Below, piece after piece: positions 23,770 through 32,997 of a stretch of DNA of 64,000 nucleotides (position 1 is the stretch's first letter; the number at the start of each line of letters is the position of its first letter). Location: the NCBI GenBank assembly GCA_964494135.1, contig CAZBQN010000005.1, positions 934 through 64,933 on the forward strand, written 5' to 3'. The notes beneath the pieces were generated by a model. The model was not told the origin of the DNA and ran no database searches. It worked only from the letters and a program-made list of their open reading frames with translations. A program made the position numbers and the translations under genes. This DNA is from an uncultured Ruminococcus sp. (GTDB lineage Bacteria > Bacillota > Clostridia > Oscillospirales > CAG-272).

Positions 23770-25353
23770 TTATTTTCCGCTGTCGCCGTAGTTGGAAAGT
23801 ACTCTTGCCGACGGGTCGTTTACGTTACAGCCCTCCCAGGTTTTGTTGGGCATCCAGAAGTCTGCGACCATCTGTGACTGACCGGGATAATACTTCTCAA
23901 ATATCTCCCGATACAAGAGCGATTCTTTGGTAAAGGGGGAGGCGTGTACGTATTTCTTGCGTTTTTCCTCAAATTCCCCGTCGGTATATTTGCTCTCGGC
24001 GTACTCCTTCAGATAGTCAACCATAGAGTGTCCGACGGCATCCGAGAACGCCGCCTTCTCACGAAAGAGTATTTCGTCGGGCAGATAACCGCCATCCTCA
24101 AAGGCATGGCGAAGCAGGTACTTACCCTTGCCGTATTTGTTCATCTTGAGCTCCGGGTCAATGCTCATGACGTATCTGACGAAATCCAGATCGCCGAAGG
24201 GCACTCTGGCCTCCAGAGAGTTTACGGAAATACAGCGGTCTGCGCGGAGCACGTCGTACATATGAAGCTCCCGCACCCGCTTCTGCGACTCGCGCTGAAA
24301 TTCCGCGGCGCTCGGCGCGAAATCGGTATATTTATACCCGAACAGCTCATCCGAAATCTCACCGGTAAGAAGCACTCGAATGTCGGTTCTCTCATGGATA
24401 GCTTTACAGATAAGATACATACCCATGCTTGCTCTTATAGTGGTAATATCGTAGGTGCCGAGAAGCTCAATTACCCCCTCCAGCGAGGACAAAACCTCAT
24501 CCGGTGTCATATAAATCTCGGTATGGTCGCTGCCTATGTAGTCAGCAACCTGCTTTGCGTATTTGAGGTCAATCGCGTCCTCGCTCATACCTATGGCAAA
24601 GGTTTTTATGGGAGTTTTGCTCTTTCTCTGCGCTATGGCGCAAACCAGGGATGAGTCCAGCCCTCCGGATAGGAGAAATCCCACCTTCGCGTCTGCGACA
24701 AGGCGTTTTTCAACGCCCGAGATCAGCTTGTCGTGTATTTTGCGGCACACCGCGTCAAGTCCGTCGCCGCTGACCTTATCAACCGCCGCAATATCGGTAT
24801 AGCGGATAAACTCACCGCCTTTGTAGTAGCATCCGGGAGGAAAGGGCAGGATTTTTTCGACTATTCCTACTAAGTTCTTAGGCTCGCTGGCAAAAACGAT
24901 TACCCCTTTTTCGTCATAACCGTAGTACAGAGGCCGGATACCTATCGGGTCTCTTGACGCAATATATTCCTTATTCTCGCCGTCGTATATGATAAGGGCG
25001 TATTCCGCGTCAAGCATACCGAACATATCCGTGCCGTACTCGCGGTACATTGGCAGCAGTATTTCGCAGTCGCTGTCGCTTGAGAAGGTATAGCCTTTTT
25101 TCTTCAAGTCCTCGCGGATTTTCTCAAAGCCGTAGATTTCACCGTTGCATACAACGTAATCCGAGCCGAGGCGAAAGGGCTGCATACCCTCGGGGGTCAA
25201 GCCCATAATTGCCAGGCGGTGAAAACCGAGCAAGCCGGCACCCGTGTCAGCTAATTTACTGTCATCGGGACCTCTGGATACCGTGCGCCCGAAGGATGTG
25301 ACAAATTTGTCAATATCGGTACATTCACCGCAGTAGCCTATGATTGAACACAT
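23770..25353 (-). CDS. asnB: Asparagine synthase B (glutamine-hydrolysing)
   Basis: Starts MCSIIG (Ntn Cys2). RGPD, HRLAI, NGEIY, LSGGLDSS, EARVPF. Confidence 0.95.
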   Translation of the reverse strand: MCSIIGYCGECTDIDKFVTSFGRTVSRGPDDSKLADTGAGLLGFHRLAIMGLTPEGMQPFRLGSDYVVCNGEIYGFEKIREDLKKKGYTFSSDSDCEILLPMYREYGTDMFGMLDAEYALIIYDGENKEYIASRDPIGIRPLYYGYDEKGVIVFASEPKNLVGIVEKILPFPPGCYYKGGEFIRYTDIAAVDKVSGDGLDAVCRKIHDKLISGVEKRLVADAKVGFLLSGGLDSSLVCAIAQRKSKTPIKTFAIGMSEDAIDLKYAKQVADYIGSDHTEIYMTPDEVLSSLEGVIELLGTYDITTIRASMGMYLICKAIHERTDIRVLLTGEISDELFGYKYTDFAPSAAEFQRESQKRVRELHMYDVLRADRCISVNSLEARVPFGDLDFVRYVMSIDPELKMNKYGKGKYLLRHAFEDGGYLPDEILFREKAAFSDAVGHSMVDYLKEYAESKYTDGEFEEKRKKYVHASPFTKESLLYREIFEKYYPGQSQMVADFWMPNKTWEGCNVNDPSARVLSNYGDSGK

Positions 25354-25420
25354 ATTTAAAGCCTCCAAAGTACTGTATGCCGACGGAGCAAACATCCGTC
25401 GGCATTGATGTTTCTATAAA

Positions 25421-27163
25421 TTATTCCACATCCTGAAGTGCGTCGTAGCCTTCTTCTCCGGTACGAACCTTCACGACGTTTTCAATATCGTAAACGAAAA
25501 TCTTGCCGTCACCGATATGTCCGGTGTAAAGGGCCTTCTTTGCCGTTTCTATAACCTCGCGGACGGGTACCTTGCTGACGACGATGTCAACCTGTACCTT
25601 CGGCAAAAGATTTGCCTCCACGGGGACTCCGCGGTAGTATTCGGGCTTACCCTTCTGCATACCGCAGCCGAGAACGTGGGATACCGTCATTCCGGTAATG
25701 CCTATGCCCATCATTGCCGTTTTCAGAGTTTCAAGCCTTGCTTCCTTGCATATAATCTCAACCTTGGTGAACTTATGCGCCCCTTCTGCAAAGGAAGGAA
25801 CTTTCTTCACCGGAACAGCCTCTGCCGCGGGAACCTCGCCTGCAACAACCGTTGCCCCCTCGTAGCCGTAATCAACACTCTCAACTGCGGGAACAAAGTC
25901 AGCGTACGCGCTGGGAAGACCGTGCTCGGTAAGGTCAAGACCCTTAATCTGTTCTTCGTCGGATGCGCGAAGACCGATTGTTTTCTTGATTATAAAGAAT
26001 ACGAGAGTGATAGTAGCCGCAGTCCATGCGAGAATTGCAAGGATACCTACGAGCTGCTTGCCGAAAAGCTCAAAGCTTCCGGTATAGAAAAGACCGTTAA
26101 GACCTGCGGGAGCGGCAGGGTTTGCCAAAAGACCTACTGCCAGAGTACCCCATACACCGTTGACGAGGTGTACGCCGACAGCACCCACGGGGTCGTCTAT
26201 ATGAAGCTTCAAATCGAGAACCTCAACCGCGACGACGACGAGTATTCCCGAAACAACGCCGACGACTATTGAGCCGAGAGCATCAAGGGCGTCACAGCCT
26301 GCGGTAATACCGACAAGACCTGCCAGGGATGCGTTAAGGCACATCGACACGTCGGGCTTGCCGTTCTTAATCCAAGTGAAGAGCAAAGTAGTACAGGTGG
26401 CGACCGCGGGAGCAATTGTGGTAGTCAGGAATATAGATGCGAGCATGGAGCCGTCGGTTGCCGCCGCGCCGTTGAAGCCGTACCAGCCGAACCAGAGAAT
26501 AAAGCAGCCAAGGGCGCCGAGAGTAACCGAGTGGCCGGGAATTGCGTTGACCTTAGTCACCTTGCCCGTCGCCTTATCCTTGACGTACTTTCCGATTCGT
26601 GGACCGACCATAATGGCACCGATAAGAGCCATAAGACCGCCGACAGAGTGAATAGCGGCAGAGCCTGCGAAATCGTGAAAGCCCCACTGCGCGAGCCAGC
26701 CGTTCGGGTTCCACACCCAGCCTGCCTCAATAGGATAAATTACCAGTGAAATCACTGCGGAATAAACGCAGTATGATATGAACTTCGTTCTCTCCGCCAT
26801 AGCTCCCGATACTATCGTAGCAGCGGTAGCGCAGAACACGAGATTGAATACGAAGCTGGAAGCGTTCGTCTGAATAAAGCCGCCGAAGTCGGCGAATATA
26901 TTCATATTCGGAACGCCGATAATTCCGAGAACATAGTCCTCCGCCATCATAAGGCTGAAGCCCAAAAGCACGAACACAACCGTACCGATGCAGAAGTCCA
27001 TCAGGTTCTTCATAATGATGTTTCCCGCATTCTTCGCGCGGGTAAATCCGGTTTCAACCATAGCAAAGCCGGCTTGCATAAAGAACACGAGAGCTGCTCC
27101 TATCAGGAACCAGACGCCGAACACCTCTTCGCCTACCAGCTTAATAACATCAGATTCAAGCAT
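25421..27163 (-). CDS. amtB: Ammonium transporter fused to a C-terminal P-II domain
   Basis: Amt motifs FMQAGFAMVE, DFAGSAAIH and DDPVGAVGVH. P-II tail GMQKG...YRG...LLPK...TGHIGDGKIFV...VRTGE. Confidence 0.93.
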   Translation of the reverse strand: MLESDVIKLVGEEVFGVWFLIGAALVFFMQAGFAMVETGFTRAKNAGNIIMKNLMDFCIGTVVFVLLGFSLMMAEDYVLGIIGVPNMNIFADFGGFIQTNASSFVFNLVFCATAATIVSGAMAERTKFISYCVYSAVISLVIYPIEAGWVWNPNGWLAQWGFHDFAGSAAIHSVGGLMALIGAIMVGPRIGKYVKDKATGKVTKVNAIPGHSVTLGALGCFILWFGWYGFNGAAATDGSMLASIFLTTTIAPAVATCTTLLFTWIKNGKPDVSMCLNASLAGLVGITAGCDALDALGSIVVGVVSGILVVVAVEVLDLKLHIDDPVGAVGVHLVNGVWGTLAVGLLANPAAPAGLNGLFYTGSFELFGKQLVGILAILAWTAATITLVFFIIKKTIGLRASDEEQIKGLDLTEHGLPSAYADFVPAVESVDYGYEGATVVAGEVPAAEAVPVKKVPSFAEGAHKFTKVEIICKEARLETLKTAMMGIGITGMTVSHVLGCGMQKGKPEYYRGVPVEANLLPKVQVDIVVSKVPVREVIETAKKALYTGHIGDGKIFVYDIENVVKVRTGEEGYDALQDVE

Positions 27164-27267
27164 ATTATATCACCTCTTTATAGTTGTCTTTTGCGTTCAA
27201 TCCCGAAAAGCACGCCTTTCGGCAGTTTCCAAACTGCGCACATTCGGGATTTACTTATGTACTTAAA

Positions 27268-29364
27268 TTATTTTACCGAATAAAGCAGATCTCCGTAGGT
27301 GGGGAAGGGCCAGTATTCGGACGCGGTTACCGTCTCCGCCTCGTCACAGGCTACACGAAGCTCGCTCATAGCGGGGATAAGCAGGTCACGGACAGCATCC
27401 GCCTCCTCGCCTATCTCACCCTTTCCGGATACCTCAACCAGAACGCTCTCCAATTTGTCTGTGTTAACGGCAATTCTGTCGCAAAGGGCTGACAGCTTCT
27501 TTACCGTAGCCTTTTCGTAGCCGCAAGATATACCCGAGTCGAGCTGTATCTTCTTCTGTGCGTTTGCCGCCAGGTCGCTGGTATACGCCGCAACGGCGGG
27601 AAGGATCTGACGTCTGGACATTGAAGCCATGGTATTTGCCTCGATTATAACCGCCTTGCAGTAGTTCTCCAGAGTTATCTCGTAACGGGACTTCAGCTCC
27701 GCCTCTGTGAATATGCCGTGAGAGGTGAGCATCCTCACGTTCTTTTCGTCCAGCAGATGAGGCAGACAGTCTGGGGTCGTGCGATAATTGCAAAGACCTC
27801 TCTTTTCGGTCGCTTCCTTGATCCAGGAATCGTCGTAGCCGTTGCCGTTGAAAATAATTCTGCCGTGCTCCTTGATCGTTTCCTTTATCATCTCGTGCAG
27901 CTCACCCTCAAAGTCGGATGCGCCCTCAAGACGGTCGGCATATACCTTCAGCGACTCGGCAACCGCGGCGTTGAGCATGATGTTGGCGCAGGCGATGCTG
28001 TTGGACGAGCCGAGCATACGGAATTCGAACTTATTGCCGGTAAACGCAAAGGGAGAGGTACGGTTACGGTCGGTAGTATCTCTGTTGAATTTAGGAAGGA
28101 CGTCAACTCCCAGCTTCATCTGAGTCTTTGTTGCTCCGCTGTAGGGCGTGTCGTTTTTAATTGCCTCAAGAACGCCGTTCAGCTCGTCGCCGAGGAATAT
28201 AGATACCACAGCGGGAGGTGCCTCGTTTGCACCCAGACGGTGGTCGTTTCCTGCGGTGGCAACAGAAATTCTGAGAAGATCCTGATAATCGTCAACCGCC
28301 TTGATAACCGCGCAGAGGAAAAGCAAAAACTGTGCGTTCTCATAAGGGGTCTCGCCGGGAGAGAGCAGATTCTGTCCGCGGTCGGTGGCAATGGACCAGT
28401 TGTTGTGCTTACCGCTTCCGTTTACGCCTGCAAAGGGCTTCTCGTGAAGCAGGCATACAAGACCGTGCTTCAGGGCAACCTTCTGCATAATCTCCATAGT
28501 CAGCTGGTTATGGTCGGTAGCGATGTTGGTAGTGGAATAGATAGGTGCCAGCTCGTGCTGTGCGGGAGCAACCTCGTTGTGCTCGGTCTTTGCAAGCACG
28601 CCCAGCTTCCACAGCTCCTCGTTCAGCTCCTCCATATACGCCGCGACACGGGGCTTTATTACACCGAAATAGTGGTCATCCATCTCCTGTCCTTTAGGGG
28701 GCTTTGCACCGAAGAGGGTACGACCCGTGTAGACTAAATCACGTCTTTTCTCGTACATTTCACGGTCGACGAGGAAGTACTCCTGCTCGGGTCCGACAGA
28801 GCTGGTAACACGCTTCACATTAGTCTTGCCGAACAGCTTAAGTATGCGGAGCGCCTGCACGTTGAGTGCCTCCATGGAACGGAGCAAGGGCGTCTTCTTG
28901 TCAAGGGCCTCGCCGCCAAAGGAGCAGAACGCCGTGGGAATACAAAGCGTCTTTCCTTTAATAAAGGCAAAGGACGTAGGGTCCCAAGCGGTGTAGCCTC
29001 TCGCCTCGAAGGTAGCGCGTAAGCCACCCGAGGGGAAGGAGGACGCATCAGGCTCACCCTTGATAAGCTCCTTGCCCGAAAACTCCATAATGATACCGCC
29101 GTCGGGAGCAGGAGAGATAAAGCTGTCGTGCTTCTCTGCCGTAACGCCCGTCAAAGGCTGAAACCAGTGGGTGTAATGGGTCGCGCCCTTACTTACCGCC
29201 CAATCCTTCATTGCAGCGGCAACCGCGTTTGCAACGGTCAGATCCAGCTCCTTGCCCTCGTCGATAGTCTTTTTGAGGGAGGCGTAAACCTTACTGTCAA
29301 GGGTCGACTTCATTACTCTGTCGTCAAAAACCAAGCTGCCAAACATTTCTTTAACTTTTTCCAT
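27268..29364 (-). CDS. glnN: Glutamine synthetase type III
   Basis: [58 protein letters not shown]. 698 aa. Confidence 0.95.
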   Translation of the reverse strand: MEKVKEMFGSLVFDDRVMKSTLDSKVYASLKKTIDEGKELDLTVANAVAAAMKDWAVSKGATHYTHWFQPLTGVTAEKHDSFISPAPDGGIIMEFSGKELIKGEPDASSFPSGGLRATFEARGYTAWDPTSFAFIKGKTLCIPTAFCSFGGEALDKKTPLLRSMEALNVQALRILKLFGKTNVKRVTSSVGPEQEYFLVDREMYEKRRDLVYTGRTLFGAKPPKGQEMDDHYFGVIKPRVAAYMEELNEELWKLGVLAKTEHNEVAPAQHELAPIYSTTNIATDHNQLTMEIMQKVALKHGLVCLLHEKPFAGVNGSGKHNNWSIATDRGQNLLSPGETPYENAQFLLFLCAVIKAVDDYQDLLRISVATAGNDHRLGANEAPPAVVSIFLGDELNGVLEAIKNDTPYSGATKTQMKLGVDVLPKFNRDTTDRNRTSPFAFTGNKFEFRMLGSSNSIACANIMLNAAVAESLKVYADRLEGASDFEGELHEMIKETIKEHGRIIFNGNGYDDSWIKEATEKRGLCNYRTTPDCLPHLLDEKNVRMLTSHGIFTEAELKSRYEITLENYCKAVIIEANTMASMSRRQILPAVAAYTSDLAANAQKKIQLDSGISCGYEKATVKKLSALCDRIAVNTDKLESVLVEVSGKGEIGEEADAVRDLLIPAMSELRVACDEAETVTASEYWPFPTYGDLLYSVK

Positions 29365-29410
29365 TTTATTTTCTCCTTTTGAAGGTTTTTTGCAAATTTC
29401 GTTTTTAATG

Positions 29411-29457
29411 AAAAACGGCGCCTCTCCTGCTTAATCCGCAAGAAAGACGCCTTTGCC
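29411..29457 (-). promoter_or_regulatory. Second ANTAR-type hairpin plus terminator in the GSIII leader
   Basis: AAGGC-AAAGGC-GTCTT. GGCGTCTTTCTTGC pairs with GCAGGAGAGGCGCC, followed by GTTTTT. Confidence 0.8.
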
Positions 29458-29523
29458 TTTTCTTCTATTTATTAATTAAATGCACTGCAAAGATAAATTG
29501 ACACAAAAGACTGCCACAAGTGT

Positions 29524-29581
29524 GAAAATCAGAAAGGGCAAGGGACTTTTTGGATTTACCAATCTAAGACGCCCTTGCCTT
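29524..29581 (-). promoter_or_regulatory. First ANTAR-type hairpin plus terminator in the GSIII leader
   Basis: AAGGC-AAGGGC-GTCTT. GGCAAGGG pairs with CCCTTGCC, followed by CTTTCTGATTTT. Confidence 0.75.
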
Positions 29582-29591
29582 TACGCGACTC

Positions 29592-29620
29592 ATTATACAC
29601 CCCGAAAAACCGTTTGTCAA
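29592..29620 (-). promoter_or_regulatory. sigma-A promoter of glnN-amtB-asnB
   Basis: TTGACA-N17-TATAAT. Confidence 0.9.
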
Positions 29621-29681
29621 GGGGTTTTTGAATTTTTCTTCAAAGAAAATTGCAAAATTTCATTTTTTCACCGAAAACGGC

Positions 29682-29710
29682 TTGACAATTTGCAAGTTTG
29701 GTGCTATAAT
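29682..29710 (+). promoter_or_regulatory. sigma-A promoter of the glutamate synthase operon
   Basis: TTGACA-N17-TATAAT. Confidence 0.9.
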
Positions 29711-29722
29711 GCTTGCATATAT

Positions 29723-29786
29723 GAGCAAAGGCGTTCATAGATAGCGGCGACTGCCGTTTTTTCGTGAGCCTTTGCTCTTTTCGTTT
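29723..29786 (+). promoter_or_regulatory. ANTAR-type hairpin plus terminator in the GOGAT leader
   Basis: GAGC-AAAGGC-GTTC. GAGCAAAGGC pairs perfectly with GCCTTTGCTC (29768-29777), followed by TTTTCGTTT. Confidence 0.8.
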
Positions 29787-29808
29787 ATGAAAGGCAACGG
29801 TTACTATT

Positions 29809-30903
29809 ATGTTAAAAGAAGGTCAGATACGTATTCCCTCCGGATGCGCCATTGCCGCCGTAATATCAAAGGACGGCGAAAGAATGTCGGGCAGACAGAT
29901 AATCGAGGCAATGAAGCCTATGCACGACCGCTCAAACGGCTTGGGCGGCGGCTTTGCCGCTTACGGCATTTATCCGGAATATAAAGACTTTTATGCTCTC
30001 CACTTTTTCTTTGACGACCGAAATACGAGAAAAAACTGCGAGGTATTCTTAAAGGAAAGATTTGAGATTGTGAAATCCGAGATAATTCCCACGAGGAAAA
30101 TCCCCGCAATCACCGACGAGCCGGTCATCTGGAGATACTTCGTCGCCCCTCTGCGCTCGGTGCTTGACTCGGCACAGCTGGACGAAAAGGAATTCGTCGT
30201 GCGCACGGTAATGAAGATAAACACCGAGATGCCCGGAGCTTACGTATTTTCAAGCGGAAAGAACATGGGCACCTTCAAGGCGGTGGGCTTCCCCGAGGAC
30301 GTAGGCGAATTTTACAGACTGGACGAATACGAGGGCTATTCCTGGACTGCCCACGGCAGATATCCCACCAACACCCCCGGCTGGTGGGGCGGCGCGCACC
30401 CTTTCACTCTGCTTGACTATTCCATTGTTCACAACGGAGAAATATCCTCCTACGACGCCAACAGAAGACATATCGAAATGTTCGGCTACAAGTGCAATCT
30501 TCAAACCGATACCGAGGTCATAACCTACATATTTGATTATCTGGTGCGCGTGCAGGGGCTTACTCTGTCCGAGGCGGCAAGCGTCGTCGCCGCTCCCTTC
30601 TGGAGCACTATCGAGAACAAGAGCGATCTTGATGACAAGAAGAAGCATATTTTCCTGCGCACGCTCTTCCCGGGTCTTCTCGTCACCGGACCCTTTTCCA
30701 TCGTCCTCGGCTACGACGGAGGTCTTATGGCACTGAACGACCGCCTGAAGCTGCGCTCAATGGTAGTAGGCGAGTGTGACGACAAGGTGTATATTGCAAG
30801 CGAGGAAGCCGCCATTCGGGTAATGGAGCCGAACGTGAAAAGCATCTGGGCACCGGCAGGCGGCGAGCCGGTTATCGTAAAAGTTAAGGAGGGCTGTTTC
30901 TGA
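29809..30903 (+). CDS. Class II glutamine amidotransferase domain of a split glutamate synthase (GltB1-like)
   Basis: Short propeptide then SG-C-AIAA, DRSNGLGGG, AHGRYPTNT, AHPF, VHNGEI, DRLKLR. Confidence 0.85.
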   Translation: MLKEGQIRIPSGCAIAAVISKDGERMSGRQIIEAMKPMHDRSNGLGGGFAAYGIYPEYKDFYALHFFFDDRNTRKNCEVFLKERFEIVKSEIIPTRKIPAITDEPVIWRYFVAPLRSVLDSAQLDEKEFVVRTVMKINTEMPGAYVFSSGKNMGTFKAVGFPEDVGEFYRLDEYEGYSWTAHGRYPTNTPGWWGGAHPFTLLDYSIVHNGEISSYDANRRHIEMFGYKCNLQTDTEVITYIFDYLVRVQGLTLSEAASVVAAPFWSTIENKSDLDDKKKHIFLRTLFPGLLVTGPFSIVLGYDGGLMALNDRLKLRSMVVGECDDKVYIASEEAAIRVMEPNVKSIWAPAGGEPVIVKVKEGCF

Positions 30904-32408
30904 TGGGAATCAATTATATATACCCCGAATTTGAAGTCGTAAGGTCGGACAGCCGCTGTATTGCCTGCCGCGTGTGCGAAAGGCAGTGTGCAAACGGTGT
31001 ACATTCCTACGACAAGGACCGCAAAATCATGCTCAGCGACGAAACGAAGTGCGTAAACTGTCAACGATGCGTATCCCTGTGCCCCACCCGAGCACTCAAG
31101 ATAGTCAAGAGCGACTGCCGTCTTCGGGAAAACGCCAACTGGCAACAGGACACGATAAACGAAATATACAAGCAGGCGGGCAGCGGTGCTGTGCTCCTGT
31201 CCTCTATGGGTAACCCGAAGCCCCTGCCCGTATACTGGGACAAAATTCTGATAAACGCCTCACAGGTAACCAATCCCCCCATAGACCCTCTGCGCGAGCC
31301 TATGGAAACAAAGGTATTCCTGGGCAAGAAGCCCGACAAACCGAGACGGGGCGAGGACGGCAAGCTAATATGCGAGCTTCCCCCTCAGCTTGAGCTGTCG
31401 ATGCCGATGATGTTCTCGGCGATGAGCTACGGGTCAATCAGCTACAACGCCCACGAGAGCCTTGCCAGAGCGGCGAGAGAGCTGGGCATTTACTACAACA
31501 CCGGCGAGGGCGGTCTGCACGAGGATTTCTACGTTTACGGCGACAACACCGTAGTACAGGTTGCGTCGGGCAGATTCGGCGTCCACGAGGAGTATCTGAA
31601 AGCAGGCGCGGCGGTTGAGATAAAGATGGGTCAGGGCGCAAAGCCCGGCATCGGCGGACATCTGCCCGGCGCGAAGATAGTCGGCGACGTGTCACGTACC
31701 CGTATGATTCCCGAGGGCTCGGACGCCATCTCCCCAGCACCCCATCACGACATATATTCCATTGAGGACCTGCGCCAGCTGGTATACTCGCTAAAGGAAG
31801 CGACCGAATACAAAAAGCCCATAATCGTCAAGGTGGCTGCGGTACACAATATCGCCGCAATTGCCAGCGGAATTGCCAGAAGCGGCGCGGATATTATAGC
31901 CATCGACGGCTTCCGCGGCGGCACGGGCGCGGCACCTACCAGAATTCGTGACAACGTCGGTATTCCTATCGAGCTTGCTTTGGCATCCGTGGACCAGCGT
32001 CTGCGGGACGAGGGAATAAGAAACAACGTTTCTCTCATAGTGGGCGGAAGCATTCGCTCTGCCGCCGACGTAGTAAAGGCAATAGCACTGGGTGCCGACG
32101 CCTGCTATATTGCCACAGCCGCGCTTATCGCCCTGGGCTGTCACTTGTGCCGTACCTGCCAGACCGGAAAGTGCAACTGGGGTATCGCAACCCAGCGTCC
32201 CGAGCTGGTAAAGCGGTTGAACCCCGACATAGGCTCCGGCAGGCTGGTAAACCTGATGCGCGCATGGCAGCATGAAATCAAGGAGCTGATGGGCGGTATG
32301 GGTATCAACTCGGTAGAAGCACTGCGCGGCAACCGCCTTATGCTCAGAGGCGTCGGACTTACCGACAGAGAGCTGAAAATTCTCGGCATATCCCACGCCG
32401 GCGAATAA
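30903..32408 (+). CDS. Ferredoxin + FMN-binding domain of a split glutamate synthase (GltB2-like)
   Basis: Two N-terminal CxxCxxC motifs. AMSYGS, NTGEGG, QVASGRFGV, EIKMGQGAKPGIGGHLPG, SPAPHHDIYSIEDL, GCHLCRTCQTGKC. Confidence 0.92.
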   Translation: MGINYIYPEFEVVRSDSRCIACRVCERQCANGVHSYDKDRKIMLSDETKCVNCQRCVSLCPTRALKIVKSDCRLRENANWQQDTINEIYKQAGSGAVLLSSMGNPKPLPVYWDKILINASQVTNPPIDPLREPMETKVFLGKKPDKPRRGEDGKLICELPPQLELSMPMMFSAMSYGSISYNAHESLARAARELGIYYNTGEGGLHEDFYVYGDNTVVQVASGRFGVHEEYLKAGAAVEIKMGQGAKPGIGGHLPGAKIVGDVSRTRMIPEGSDAISPAPHHDIYSIEDLRQLVYSLKEATEYKKPIIVKVAAVHNIAAIASGIARSGADIIAIDGFRGGTGAAPTRIRDNVGIPIELALASVDQRLRDEGIRNNVSLIVGGSIRSAADVVKAIALGADACYIATAALIALGCHLCRTCQTGKCNWGIATQRPELVKRLNPDIGSGRLVNLMRAWQHEIKELMGGMGINSVEALRGNRLMLRGVGLTDRELKILGISHAGE

Positions 32409-32553
32409 GGCGAAAAAAGTTATACAAGCCCGAACCCTTTTAATCAGCCGCAAGTGCCTTTAAAGGAAAACATAAACCTTTGTTGTCAAATAACTTGACA
32501 CGGGCCCCGGCATCGGCAAAGGTGCGTGCGGTATCAGGAGGAATATCAAAGGA

Positions 32554-32997
32554 ATGAAGCGAATATATGTAAATGAAAAATGGTGTCTCGGATGTCACCT
32601 GTGTGAATACAACTGTGCATTTGCAAACTCGGGGCTCTCCGACATGTCAGCGGCACTGAAGGGTAAGCCCATCTACCCCAGAATACACATTGAGGGAGAC
32701 GAGAGGGTTTCCTATGCGGTTTCCTGCCGTCACTGTACCGACCCAATATGTCAGAAAAGCTGTATTGCGGGCGCGATAACGGCAGAGGACGGAGTGGTGC
32801 GCATCAACAAAAGCAAGTGCGTGGGCTGTCACACCTGCGTTCTCGTCTGCCCCTACGGTGCGCTGGCAGCCTCCCCCGAGGGAGTTATGCAGAAATGCGA
32901 GCTGTGCCTGAAGAACAGCTGCGGTGAGCCCGCATGTGTCAAGGGCTGTCCCAACAACGCCATCGTATATGAGGAAAGGGGTGAAGAAAATGGCTGA
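32554..32997 (+). CDS. 4Fe-4S dicluster protein (CooF/HydN-like)
   Basis: CLGCHLCEYNC, CRHCTDPICQKSC, CVGCHTCVLVCPYG, KCELC...PACVKGCP. Confidence 0.9.
   Translation: MKRIYVNEKWCLGCHLCEYNCAFANSGLSDMSAALKGKPIYPRIHIEGDERVSYAVSCRHCTDPICQKSCIAGAITAEDGVVRINKSKCVGCHTCVLVCPYGALAASPEGVMQKCELCLKNSCGEPACVKGCPNNAIVYEERGEENG

Noticed and set aside
23770-25353. asnB as the lasso cyclase for the 39-aa peptide
   Set aside because: It has an intact Ntn glutaminase domain, sits in the N-assimilation operon 22 kb away, and there are no B1/B2 genes.
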